Shown here in pieces: positions 12,731-26,900 of a DNA stretch of 64,000 nucleotides. The stretch comes from Schmidtea polychroa (Eukaryota), in contig CM097885.1 in assembly GCA_044892525.1 (NCBI GenBank), positions 31,560,001 to 31,624,000 of the forward strand, in the 5' to 3' direction. The translations under genes and the position numbers were made by a program. Every line of letters starts with the position of its first letter. The stretch's first letter is position 1. The notes beneath the pieces are model-generated. The model was not told the origin of the DNA, made no database searches, and saw only the letters and a program-made list of their open reading frames with translations.

Positions 12731-15382
12731 AGTTATGGGTAACTTTATAATTAATATAATCTGTCTTATATAAATCGAAATAATCAAAATTATTATTATT
12801 TAAATTTTTAACAAGTTACAGTGCCTAAAGTTACAGATGTCATTGACCTCCATAACTTCATAAGACCGAAACTAACGAAAGTAGCCTAGTCCATTTTCGT
12901 AGAAACTGAATATTGTAGACAAGAGATATTTTTTTATTTTTTTTATACCTAAAAGCGAAATTGGAGGCATTCGAGGTTTCGAAATGTACGGACAAGAACT
13001 GTCTACGAAAAAAAAGATTTTTTCATTCTACAAAAATGGCTTAAGCCTTAATCCCTAACTAACAGTAACAGTATATTGAAGTAATGTAACAATAAAGAGC
13101 TCATACTTGCTTTGGTATTTATAGATCTAGGACTAGGAATTTTTCAATTTAAAATATGATTATAATTTATTGCATGTTAGCCTTAGGGGCTTTGGCTTTT
13201 ACCTACATAAATAAAGAACAAATTTTAAAAAGTATATAATCTAATTATAATCATCCTTACAAGTAATGATGTAGGCCTAGATCAACACACAATAATAAAG
13301 GCATAAAGTCACCTTTCTTCTAATATATTTTATTAGGAAATACATAAGCCTATATCCTACTCAGACCTACTGCCAGGCTGTCAGCACAGTGCATATCATT
13401 ATTTATAGCAATAAATCTTAAATATAATATAACATAGGCCCAGCCATAGACTTTAAATTTTATTTATACCAACAAACACGATGTCGCAAGAGGAACTGAT
13501 GAACGAACGGAAGTCAGTAACTAGCTGAAAAAAACATGATCCGGACAGGCTTGCCATACGTATTTCAACAAATGTACGAGACAAGATAATTAAAATGTAT
13601 CAGATTCAGACGACACTGACAACTCAAAAAGTAACAAAATTTTATTATTTATGAAATCACTTGAAATTCGTAATAGGTCTATTTATCATTTATAACACAT
13701 CCCAAGTAGCTGTTTATTTGTGCTTTTAAATGATGTGATTTTGTGTCACTATTTGTTACCGACCGCCAACGGCGAAGAGAATCTGCAGAAAATAGATCGC
13801 TCTTAGGGCTATGGTAGGCTAAGCACTGAAATTGTGCAATTGTTCCAGTATGGTACACTGACACGGTGACACCCAATGAAAATGGGCGCCCAGAATCTTG
13901 AATTACTTCGCAAGATAGAAAATCGATTAAGAAAAAGGTTTTCCCTCATATATTTTTTCAGAACTAAACATTTGTGTTCAAAGCCTCAAACTGCTCTCAA
14001 CTTTCAAGGGACCCCCTTATGTTCGAGAGAGAGGTAGAGGAGATTGCATAAATAGGTAAAATACAGGTAAATAATGTACTTAATGCAATAAGTAAAATAA
14101 ACAGTGGAGCTTTATTACATAAAACCACAAATCGATCATTTGGAAGTCCCTGTTGACTGGTGCCGACCGTGCCGTTGTTTGACATTGTTTTCTGAAGAAA
14201 ATTAAGGAAACTTGGAAAAAAGGCCCCCTGTCTTGTGGGCCCCTATGCATTGCTTACTCTTGCTATATGGTAGCTATGCCACTGATTGATAATCATTATT
14301 AAAATTTATTCCAAATTATATTCTATATTCATTGTCAAAATTTATTTCTGAATTATATTTTATGGTTATTTACGATTTTATTTCCAAATTGTTTAAGTAA
14401 GTTAACATTTGTATTGTCATAATTAATGTTTATGTCAGCAGTTAACTACGTTGGTGATAGAATTTGTTTTTTGGAAGTCCGAATTCCTTTATGACTAGCT
14501 ACCAAACGGTTCAGCTTAGCCGGTGCCGGATGAGCTGTTGGAATCCCCATAGGTTCTCACCTCATCCCCATTTAGCCAAGTTGCCAAGTTCGGTATCATC
14601 GTCGACTACTGGACCTCTTTATTACTTATTATTTGATAAAGTTAACAACTCAATTCCAATGCAATGTAATGAGACAAATTTCTCGCTCCTATACTACGCG
14701 ATATATGAATTGAATAAAAATTTATGTGTCGGTTATAATTCTGAATCTAGCAAGTGTTGATACTGATTTAATAAAAAAGTTTTGGTATTATGCTTACTTT
14801 ACTATAGAAATTTAATTTTATTCAAAGTGAAATATGGAAATCGAGCGCCCTACATTGATCCTTATAGATACTATCTTTTTCTGTGGAGTTATCTACCAAA
14901 TACATACCTTTATTGCCTACGTCATTCTCTACGCATAATATTACAGTAACAAGTGGGCTCCAGTCAGTGGCGTACCAAGGATTTCTGGGGCCCTTGTGCA
15001 GATTTTGAAACGCACAAAATATTTGTCGAACGAAGTGATCCGAGGAACCAAACCATAGGCAGGCTTGGGGGAAGGTGATTAGCAACTCTCTGAGTAAATT
15101 TGCGCATTTTAAAACAGAAATAGTAGCGTTATACAATTATTGTAAATTGATATACAATAAGCAATATTATTTTTATCCTTTTTACCGCATAGTAAATAAC
15201 AACAAAACTCTATGACCTCTGCCATGATGTCGTTATACCGCCATTTTGAATCGAGTAGGCAAGTAAATTGGATTTGACGTTTTATTAATAAACAAGTCCT
15301 CATCACATAAAAAAAACCAACGTAAAGCAAATAATTTAATAGATGAATGGGTGTGACATATGTGTTTTACAACTATATCCAA

Positions 15383-18300
15383 TAGGGTGGGTCGAAAATT
15401 TTTTTTTTCTCCAAACATGCCTAAAAAGTTGTGCTTATGCTAGAAAATGAAATATCCCTGCAAAAGACTGATGTTTAAAAGGGTTTACAGGTCCCAACTT
15501 TTGTTTGTATGTATTAGTACTATCCCAGTAAAAATGCTCGCACACGTGCCATTGTAAATTCATCCTGCAAGCAGTCACACGCTTGCAGAAAGACCATTTT
15601 TGACATGCTCTATTCACAAGTCCGAGCTAACGCGTGCATGTATAGAGAGGTTAATTCACGGAAGCACCTTCACAGAAGCACTCACAAAGACAATTTCTTC
15701 TGAACAATACTAACACACACACACACTACAGTCAACACATAATCCACATGGATACTACTAGTCAGTCTAAACTCAGATAATTTAATTTGTTTCGATTGGA
15801 TGTCAAGTGTTTGCTGGACCCAATTAAAAAAGTTAACTTGATGATTCACTTTTATTTTGCCAGAGCTGAGTACAGAAGAGCAGTTATGAAGGGACAGAGA
15901 AATAAGCAATTTCGCAAAACAAGAAGTAAATCACGTCATTGTCTGTTTGGTCAAACTTGTGAACTACCCAGAAACCAATTACCTACTTGTGAAGATGTGT
16001 TTCGTGATTACTGTTACAATGAGAAATGTACGCAATTTCATACTGGCTTTAACGAACAAGCAACTCTTCTCGCAAATAAGGTGAAGGAAATTTATATGAA
16101 GGCAAGTATCCCAACTGTTGAGTTCAGTAGTATTGTGGTTCGTGTCAAGCGACTAATATCAAAAGTGCGTGAATTAGAGAAGTATCCAGAATGCAAGAGG
16201 TCATCTGCCAAATTTCAAGATAAGTTAAGCTCGTTTTCCAAATTGTTTGACATATGTTGCTGCAAATGTTTTAATGATGGTGCTCGTGGAAGAAGTCAGT
16301 GTACATGCCGATTGGCCTTGAAAACTCCTAACTTAGAGTGGGAGTTCTGGATTGACCAACAAACTACCAGAAACATGAAAATCGGAAATACGGACAGACA
16401 GGAAACCTCAAAATTGAAGAGAAAACAAACGAAAAGCAGCCCTACAGGAAAAGGAAAACAAATGAAAAATGAAATAATGGACACTGAAGTTAACGATCTA
16501 CATCCGACCTCAAGAAGTGACACGGAGAGTGAAGCCGCTAGTGATGAAAGTAAAGATACGTTAGACAATTCAACAGAAAGCTCAGAGTCAAGCGTAGAAG
16601 AATGTGATGAATTTCAAAATAGAAGACATTATCCTGAATTAAGTAAAGCTGTTGACAGATGTGGTGTGAGCAACAGAGACACGTGTTTGCTAGTAAACGC
16701 TTTTATGAAAGATATGGAACTGTTATCCTCTCAAACAATCATCGATCCCGCAAAATTACGGCGTCAGAGAAAGTACTGGAGGGAGAGAGAAATTGAACAG
16801 CATTCAGCAGAAGCGAAAAACTTGATTTGCCTCGGTTTCGACGGGAAACAAGATTCCACCTTACTTCATAGAAGGATCCTAAAAGGGAGCATTATGTGAT
16901 TGTCGCCTTTCCAGGGGATACATATATCGATCATGTTGTACCTCAAAGTAGTAAAGCTGTGGATATTGGCAAAGAAATCATGTCAATCATCGTTAGCACG
17001 CAGTCCTCACTGACCCTTCAAGCAATTGTGTGCGATGGAACCAATACAAACACCGGAAAAAATAATGGAATAATCAGAAGACTCGAAAAAAGCCTAGGGC
17101 GACCTCTACAATGGCTGATATGCTTGTTGCATGCAAATGAATTGCCATTCAGGAAGTATTTTTCAGTCGTCGATGGTGGAGAAACAAAAGGTCCAAAAAC
17201 GTCATGTGGTGAAATAGGAAGCGTTCTTGATTTTGATCCAAAAGACAAGCCCGTAGTAGCCTTTATGTCCCTTCCTGGAAAGGTCGTAGATATTAGTGAA
17301 AATGTCAAGAAAGAATTGAACACTGATCAATTGTATTTCCTCAGAGTATGCTTGGCAGTCCAGAAAGGGTACCACAACAACAAGGATGTCCCTTTTCTAC
17401 AAATGGCACAACCAGGAAATTTGAATCACAGTCGCTGGCTAACGAAAGCTAATAGAATTCTGCGACTATATATGTCCGAAACTGCTCCATCTGAACCTCT
17501 CATGCGTATAGTGAAATTTATTGTCAATTTCTATGGACCGTCATGGTTTTATATAAAGACTCACTCGTCATGCCAAGATGGTGCAAGAAATATTTTTTAT
17601 ATGCTCCAACTTCTGCAGGATTTGGATCCATCAGACCAAGAAATCATCTTTCCTGTCATTCAGAACAACAATTACTTCTCACATCCAGAAAATATACTCC
17701 TAGCTGCTGTTGGTGATGATGATGAAGAAATCAGAAAGTTTGCAACAGAAAAAATCATAACTGCAAGACAAAATTTTCTCCCTTCCGAAGTGATTCGCAC
17801 TATGGACAAGAATACTGTCTTTCTTCAGTCGTCTGCTACATCATATGTTGACATGATTGACTGGACAAAATGTAATTTGACGCCTCCCCCTCTTTTATCT
17901 CATATATTGGATCATGAATTGAAGATGAATAAGAAAATTACATTAGAACAATTTCCCTGTCATTCTCAAGCCGTTGAAAGAGCCATCAAAGATGTTTCTT
18001 CTGCCAGTTGCTAAGTGTTTGGTCACAAGTCCAGACATGGTATGGTACTACTGTGTAAAAAATCAAGGAAGGAATTGCCCAAGGTGCAAAGCAAAGCTGA
18101 TTTCATGTGACTTCTTTTTATGCCCTCGCTAATACATTTCTAAACTTTTGGCTGGATGTTTTTAATAAAAAATAATTTCGAAAGTTGATTTTTGTCTTTG
18201 AAAAGGATAATTCAAATTTGGCCCTTCCTAATCACTGACGTTGTCAGGATATATTTCAATGCGGGATGAGGACACAGAATATACTATCTCAGCCCAAGAG

Positions 18301-18557
18301 AGTAAATAATATACTTATAAGCTCTTAAGAAAGCTACATCTAAATATGGACAAAGGCGCAAAACACATTCCGACACTAGCCAAATTACATTGTTTTCACA
18401 CTTATGTTGAACTGCATTTTCGGAGAAAAGTTGGGAGCAGTAAATGTCCATAAATCTAAGTAAAATGGTTTGATTCGATTTTTCTATACCAAAATACAAC
18501 TTTTTAACCATGTTTCCTTTCTTGAACTCAAAATTTATTAACATTCGACCCACCCTA
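15383..18557 (+). mobile_element. hATm-type DNA transposon
   Basis: TIR TAGGGTGGGTCGAA...TTCGACCCACCCTA; 8-bp TSD ATATCCAA (15375-15382, 18558-18565). Confidence 0.9.
15886..18110 (+). pseudogene. hATm-family transposase with a frameshift (~16870-16900) and premature stop (18012)
   Basis: Motifs LGFDGKQD, CDGTNTNTG, QWLICLLHANELPFR, SRWLTKANRILRLY, FPCHSQAVER. Confidence 0.85.
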
Positions 18558-19175
18558 ATATCCAATATAGATTCCTAATAATATTAAATTTATAAACCGT
18601 CCAAACTGTGGTTGCTGTCTTAATAAAAACAAAACAAACGCCAAAGCGATGCTTGGTTTGATGACAATCGGGGAATTTATAATGCTCGAACGTATAAATT
18701 TTACTAATTTTTCGTCCTGGGCCCTTGTGCTGTGCACAACCTGCACAACCTATTGCTACGCCACTGGCTCCAGTTAATGATCGTTACTATTATAAAACCA
18801 AATTTATCAAAAACCACTAAAATTTTATATATGAGCGACAATGATATGGTATTCAAAATTCGATCTATTTGGAATTTAATCATCCCTTCCATCCTCATTG
18901 ATACACTGAAAATAATGTTGATAAAAGTTCACGATTTAAGAAGGAACTCTTTAGTTTTCTAAATAAATAATACATGTATTGTTGAGTATTAAAATTATTT
19001 AGTTTATAATTATTAATGCTTTTGTTTTAACGTTTCAATTTCCAATGTTTATAATTTTCATTTTTACGATTTATTTGTTGAATAATTCATTATTTTTAAA
19101 TATAAAATATTTTCAAAAAGTCTACGATTAATTAAAAATCTAGTAAACGATTCATCATAAAAATATATTTAAAAT

Positions 19176-19901
19176 ATGAATAGTAGTGATATTGAATCTG
19201 ATTATGAATTCGGATCCGATAATGATTTAAATAATAGTTGGGAAAATGCTGAGGTTTCTAGTCCATTAAAATTTGGTCTTATTTCTGATTTGAATTTTCC
19301 TAAGATAAAAGTTAAAAATTCTGAAAGCAATTTGAATACAGTCAATAATATTGAAAGCTTTTTTATTAAAGATTTAAATTCTTTATTCCCGGTGGACGAT
19401 AAATTAATTTCTGATAAAGTTTCGTCTTCAATAATTGAAGATAAACTCCAATTCAATTCACCGACATGTGAAAGCGAATATTGGCGTAAATTAAATGTTG
19501 GTCGAACACCTTTTACAGAAAAATTTCAAAATTCGCCTCTTTGTAAGCCATCCTATAATTTACGTCATAGTACATTTTTTGGCGTCAAACTCCTGGATGA
19601 TATACAAGATTGTTCAGGAAGCAATAATTCTAATGTCATTGATAGTAAAAAATCAGTTCTCGAAATTCGAAAAAGCAACTTGTTGAAATATATCAATTAC
19701 AGTCAGTGCAGAAAACAAGTTACTGAGAAATGTAACAACGTTGACCTTAATTTACAAATGAAATTGATGTTTCTGCATATTTTTTATTTAAATGAAAGAA
19801 GCATAATTTTGAAAGTAATGGATAAGCATGATTATAGGAGGCCGGATTTGGAAGGAGATTTAAATGATAGATATATTTCGGCTTATAATTCGTTCCAGTA
19901 A
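19176..19901 (+). CDS. Ser/Asn-rich host ORF, possibly the N-terminal exon of the downstream kinase-like gene
   Basis: 241-aa ORF with SP/TP sites (GRTPFTE, NSP), on the same strand upstream of the kinase exons. Splice linkage not demonstrated. Confidence 0.45.
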   Translation: MNSSDIESDYEFGSDNDLNNSWENAEVSSPLKFGLISDLNFPKIKVKNSESNLNTVNNIESFFIKDLNSLFPVDDKLISDKVSSSIIEDKLQFNSPTCESEYWRKLNVGRTPFTEKFQNSPLCKPSYNLRHSTFFGVKLLDDIQDCSGSNNSNVIDSKKSVLEIRKSNLLKYINYSQCRKQVTEKCNNVDLNLQMKLMFLHIFYLNERSIILKVMDKHDYRRPDLEGDLNDRYISAYNSFQ

Positions 19902-21018
19902 CTCATAATTAATGTTTTAGATTTTTTGAATTATTATTCAGTGTTTTTCCTACATTTTGTGATATGGTGAAATTAGATGGCTATGCCGGTATCAAATATT
20001 TTCGCGCGAAACACAGATTTGATTCCCATTGGTACTGCATTAAGATCAGCTCGTATAATAATGATGAGATACAAACTCTCAGCAAGTAAAACATGTTCTA
20101 TACAAATTCAACTAAAGAGATTTAAAAATTATGATTATTTAAATATAATTAAATTTATTCAAAAATTTCAAATTAAAATTTCGAAATTATCCTAATCTTT
20201 ATGCATCCCAATGTTATATTTTTTTGTTGTAAAGGAATTTCTATGAGATATATTGAGAAATAAAATAGGGAATTTTTGAATTCTATTTTCAACTAATGAT
20301 AGGAAATGCTGCATTTAATTAACAGTAACGATTCAACTAAATCAAATAATGACATTAATTAATATTCTAGCACACAAAATGATGCTATTATAATTAATGT
20401 TTCTTATAATTTATTTTGAACTTTAATTACAATTGAAGATTTTACGAATTTAATAATTTTTATTTCAAATTTCCTTAAAATGTTTTAGGTCACTTTCATG
20501 TCATTTTAGTTCAATCCATTTATGAAATAATTGTTTGGAATTGGTTTTTGGAAGTTACTTTTTGTGGATATTTTATATTATAGTAAATTATTATATCAAC
20601 TTATGAATTACATTAACTATTTCAAATTGAATTTTTTTTAAATTGAATTTGCTTACAAAAATAATTCTATATATTATTTTTGTATCTATTAATTTTATTT
20701 TGAATTACATGGATAATGCACACATAAAACTTTTACATAATTATTTTATGTTTGTTTTTATTTTTGAAACCAAGGTCACAATTGTAAGTAATAAATAATC
20801 GGTTAATTAATATATTAAATTAAGCTTTAAAAATTCATTATTATATAGGTAAATTTATGAATGTAAATAATAAATAATAAATACGAAATAAGTGTTTTTA
20901 TGTTATTAGTAATTCTGGGCAAAATTGTAATTAAATTTTAAATTTTTTGTGGTGTTATTTGTTACCTCAGAAAACTCTTTGCATTTAATTAAACTTGTTC
21001 AAAAAGTAATTATTTTCG

Positions 21019-21521
<503 letters not shown>

Positions 21522-21967
21522 ATATATAACTAAAATGAAAGGTATAGTTGAAAACGATGCATAAAACATTTTTAATTATTTTACTTATAATTAGTCAGTA
21601 GAAGAAAATGCATTAAATAAATAAAAAGATTATCCTAAAGAAAACTAAAATTATAAAATATAATATATTTAATTTATTAAATTCATTAATAATCTAGCAT
21701 CTAACCTATTTTGCCCCTATTAGTAGTAGTAATATAATGCCATTTGGACATTTATTAACAAATTATTAACAAAAATGTTTATTAGAATATTAATTTGGTT
21801 TTTTATTAATTCATTAGTATTAGATTTTATTTATTTTCATTGCGATAGGATCACATTTTTTATATCCTTAGTGTTCCTAATTATACCAATGTAACACACT
21901 GCATTTACCAAGTGCTAATCTAATAAATCCTGATAAGCCGAAATTAAAATTAGTATTATTGTATTAG

Positions 21968-22708
21968 ATCAAGCAGGCTCCTGCAAAATGAAGTCTTGAT
22001 GCTTTCACGTTTAAGGCATGAAAATATTATTAAATATTTTTCGTCATGGATTGAATACCAAACGATATATGAACAACTAGAATACAATGAATTTGGTTCA
22101 CTAGAAGAAGCTATTGATTTTACAAATAATGATGTATAAAAAAATGATTTCACTATTAAATCATAAAAAATATTTCCGTAGAAAATTGAAACTCGAATCT
22201 TGACTTTAAAATCAGCAAAAGAACTGGTTTTCCAAATTGGATCGGCGCTTGATTTCATGCATACAAATTGGACATTTGTCCACAATGCGGTCAACTCCGG
22301 CAATGTGCTGCTGTTTCCTGTTGATTCCAAGAAAATAAATGTCGAAAAAGAAATTCTTTTTAAATGTTTATTTGAGGAAACACCATCTTTTGATATTTTG
22401 TTTAAATTGGCTGGATTTGTAAATTGTGAACTTGTCAAAGAAAGTCACGATTTTAATCGAGATGTTCAAGATTTAGCTACAATTGCAGCGGAATCGGTTT
22501 ATATTCTGTCTGAAATCATGTCATTTTATAAGTCTTTTAGATTGGAGAGGAACCTTTAGGCTGGAAATATACTTCACCAACTAAGTCAATCTCAATTAAA
22601 ATTTATTCTGACAATAATTTTGTCTTGACTTTAATGGTGAGAGCTGTTGATATTATGAATTGGCAAGAGATTAATGATACCTTAGGATACTGTACTTGGT
22701 CATGTTAA
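21968..22708 (+). CDS. Last three exons of a Wee1/Myt1-like (pseudo)kinase
   Basis: LQNEVLMLSRLRHENIIKYFSSW...LEYNEFGSL; FQIGSALDFMH...VHNAVNSGNVLL...ILFKLAGF. GT-AG introns 22134-22181 and 22497-22540 keep frame; stop at 22706-22708. Confidence 0.7.
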
Positions 22709-22974
22709 ATGTGCTCGAGAGTTATTGAAGCTTATTGAACACGAATAACGTCTTGTCGGTTATGTTCGCTTTATCCAAATTGGTTTGACAAAATTTATCT
22801 ATTGTTTCTTGTTTTACAGCTACTTTGAAAAGTTAATTGAACGAATATATTTTTAATTAGTTTCTTTAATTTTTATCAGCACCATTTAAATATAAATTAA
22901 TAACATTTTTAATAAAGGTTTTAGTAGGTAGAACTAAGAAATATGCCGCACTCCAAACATACCAGAGATATACA

Positions 22975-23546
22975 AGTAGTATGATTGGTCACCGCCAGAC
23001 CAGGTCACCGCCAGACCACATATACCCTCTCCCCCCCGGGGAAAAAAAATTTTTTTTAAATAAAAGGTCAAGGTCAAGGTCATTTATTTTTTTTAATTTA
23101 ATTTTTTGTTTTAATTAATTGGTCCAGCGGTGACATACTTTTTTTCATCCCAAAAATTAATGTTCCAGCCAACAGATTTTATTGGACGATAGCTTATTTT
23201 GAAGCTTAGTGCAAGACCTTTTGAATGAGCTATTGAAGGTATCATCATCATTAACATCGGCAAAGTTATTAACGTTTTCCCGAGACCATTTTTCAAGGCC
23301 ATTTATTTTTCAAAATATTATTTTCAAGGTCATTTATTATTTTCAAGGTCACATGACTCATCAAGGTCATTTATATTTTCAAGGTCATTTAATTTTTCAA
23401 GGTCATTCCCAAGGTCATATTATTTTTTAAAAATATTATTATTATTATATATACTCCTAGCCTATCCGACAAGATATTCTGTCCCCATATGGGTATTGCT
23501 CACAAAGGTACTACTCACACTCAACAAGTCACATGGGTACTGTTCA
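22975..23546 (+). repeat. Left terminal inverted repeat region of the Polinton (mosaic)
   Basis: Outer ~80 bp and inner 23434-23546 are imperfect inverted matches to ~39170-39247 and 38670-38779. Confidence 0.8.
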
Positions 23547-23911
23547 TATTATTATTATTATTTTTTTTTTTTCAAAGATATTTAGTTACATGCTAACTGC
23601 AAACTAAAGTAAATATGAACAGTATTATCAAATAAAAATAATAAAACTTTATAAAAATTTAAATTCTTTTAATGGCTCAAAACAAAGTCCTAATCCATAG
23701 TGACAACATTACTAGTTTTCAATAATAAAACAATTTTTAATATACTTTCTATGTTTAAACACTTAAGGAATGTTTAATAATATTACACAATATAATGATT
23801 TTTATCCATAGAAAGAAATACGAAAACTTTTCATTAATAAAAATCAACACAAATCAATGTTTTTACAAAGTTATATTAATTTATCACAGGAAAAAGATAT
23901 ATTAAAATCGC

Positions 23912-26900
23912 TTAATCACTCAATTGTACATCATCAATATCAATTTCGTCACTCAATTGTACATCATCAATATCGATTTCGTCACTCAATTGTACATCGT
24001 CAATATCAATTTCATCATTAGGATCATCACCAGAATCGAAATCTGGACTTAAACCATTGAAAAGTGGACCCACTTCCTCATCACCAGAAACAAAATCTGG
24101 ACTTAATCCTCCGAATAGTGCCCCAACTTCTTCAAATATTTGATCATCATTTATATCATCTAGTGCTAAATAATGACCAAATGCGAGACTGGAATTTTTC
24201 CCCACCCAAAACCGCTTGTCGTCGTTGTTTGACAACGCGATTTTATTGTTTTTAAATGTGTACAATTGGTGGTTCCGCGTCCCTATCCTACTTTGTGGCA
24301 CAGAAAATACTACGTTGTTATTGTAGCATTCTAAATATGAATCGTGCTTAATTTCTGTACCTATTAACCTGACTCCTTTTGCTTTTAAATGATCTTTAGC
24401 CCCTAATAAACTATAGCACTTGGGTCTTAAGAAAACCCATTCCTTATACCCTAGACCTTTACTTTCATCTTTAAATTTACCTATCACAGAATCAAGGTTT
24501 CTAGAGTATAAGGGATGTGCAGGGTCATAGTTGGAAGTATCTAAAAGATTGTTACGAATCATTGCCGGCAAAAGAGTGTCAAGCTTACAGTGCCTAACCT
24601 CAAGAAAAAAGGAGTCAGTATCGCCGGCAACGATATTTATCTCACATTTAAATTCATTTCTATATTTAGCCAATTCTATATACAGTAACTGGTACATCCT
24701 CAGTTTAGACAGGTCTAGCACCGTTTGGCCAATGTAACTAGGCCTGTCTAAACATATAGAATCCTTATTGAGATGTGCAGCAATCAAGTCATCATCAATT
24801 TTGATAGATTTCTTGAAAGTCGGCTTTGAAGCATATACAATCATCTTTTCAGCTGAATTGCATAGCCTCAAATTCATCCGTTTTTTAAGGTTTTCTACGG
24901 ATTTCCCATACAGACTATTATTAAATAATTTGTATAGATCTCTGTGCAGCTCACATGTAGAATTGGCTCTCAAATTAGTGTTTTTGTCTATGTAAGATTT
25001 AAAAATGGGTGCATGCTTAAATTTGATTGCTCTATGTACATTTTTAATAATAGCCCCCAATTCTATATACAACTTGAGAAGTCGCCAATGAAGAACATGG
25101 TTCTTCTTCGGCCAATGCGTGAGCATCAGCTTCTCAACTTTAGAATTTGGCGGGCACATCTTTTCCGGAGCAAGAGGAAAATCATTCAGAAAGTCATGCA
25201 AACAATCAGGTATATCGATATCTACCTCCATAGTATTACCATATGGAAGGTTATCGATATCAGCATTCACACATTCATTCAAGACAGAATCAAGATCATC
25301 ATACACCCAAACAAAGTCAGCATAAGGCAGATTTTGGCTTAAGGCCCAACCATACAAGTTATTAATATCAATATACAAGAGTTCTGTGTCTTCAGAACTT
25401 GCAACATAATGTTTGTTAACAAATGTTAACCCACCCCGTATCCCTCCTTCATAGAAATTAAACATTTCCATGTCCTGCAAAAGTTCAATGGGTTCCGTTA
25501 ATGTCATAAGCGCAGAGGCCCATGACATACCGGGAATGCCATAGAAATTAAGAGGCTCAAGACCATTGTAAGCAATGGCCTTTTCACGGAATTGTTGAAA
25601 ATAGTCTGCGAGGAGAAACACGTCTAATTTAAGGTAAGTTAACATGTAATCTAACATGTTGTTACAGTTTTGCTGAGTCCAAATTACTTGGGCTAATGCA
25701 TATTCATCATTAGACACTGAATCCCAGATAGGAGGCAATTCAAGAGTCGATTCCAGAACCTCAAGAGATGTGGCAAAGTCATAAGGAAAGATACCTTTGG
25801 ATCGAACAATTGCGCCATCGAAAACAGAAGAAGTTAAAGGCAGATCGGAAAGAGTCTTAACCGCTTTTGCTAAAGAAGAATTAACAAACTGCATGCTGTC
25901 AATAAAACGAACAGACAATTTGTTAATGTACGCGATAAAAGAGATGAATTTCTCGGTAGTGGTCGGAATAATATTTAATTCCCAAGAAGGAAAATTATTC
26001 AAGCCATACTTCAAAATATGATGGAGATCATACCCCCTCAAATTGTGAAAAACCACAGGTAACTGTTTCTGAATTCGTCGAGAAACATTACATTTCCTAC
26101 AGGCAGCACCAAGATACTTACCTGAAAAGTGACAATGATCCCTAACTCTATTTCTAATAAATTTTTTACAAAGGTAGCAGGTTCTGGAATCACGAAAGGC
26201 CCGCTCTTCAGCGAAAGACAAGGTTTGCATGGGCTTTTTCCCATTAATTTCGTAATATGGCAGGACAATTGTCATAGCAATTTCCTCCACCTTACGCAAG
26301 AAAGATAAGATGCAAGCATCCCCAACAAACTCATAATAAAATTTAGAGTTATTATAATTATTTATTAATAATAAACCTGCTGTTATTGGCAAATGCTTTT
26401 GATGGTGTATTATATCCCCTGGTAAAATTGATTCAAAGTCTGCATATATCACGAATGGCGGAGTTATGGTTTTCGCATAATTTTGAAAAATTAAATTTTT
26501 ATCATTGGGTAGCGTGTATAATGTAATACCTATCTGGTTCTTACTGCAAAGTGCAACATGAATATCAAATGCATTTTCATGTCGAAAACCATTGAGACAA
26601 TGGGGGCACCAGTTCACTTTAATTCTAACGACGCATTCACTGCTAGAGTGACAATTCATTAATCTTTGTAAGTTAAAAACTGCGGTGTAATGAAAATTAT
26701 CACCGTCTTCCAATAAAAGTAAGTATAAGGGTTCACCACCTATAACCTTAGATCGGTGAATTATATCTAATTGAGGATGATGTGGAATATAATTATCGTC
26801 AACTATATTTTCAAAAGGCTTAGCAGGGGTCGTTCTATAAGTTAAAACATTTATTGCTAAATTTAAATCCTTATTTTTCATCTCGAATTTAGGAATATCA

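Larger units (their letters stand above)
8820..14284 (-). mobile_element. hAT DNA transposon remnant (one terminus visible)
   Basis: Terminus on the minus strand CAGTGGCATAGCTA...GGGCCC at 14284 resembles the CAGTGGCGTA termini at 14965/18766. The other terminus and TSD were not found, so the left boundary is approximate. Confidence 0.6.
14965..18766. mobile_element. Non-autonomous hAT element (~620 bp net) hosting a nested hATm element
   Basis: Termini CAGTGGCGTA...TACGCCACTG; 8-bp TSD GCTCCAGT (14957-14964, 18767-18774). Confidence 0.9.

Noticed and set aside
13496..13530. CTGATGA as another hammerhead (also ~51769 and ~59964)
   Set aside because: No stem II, GAAA-stem III-NUH or stem I pairing could be built.
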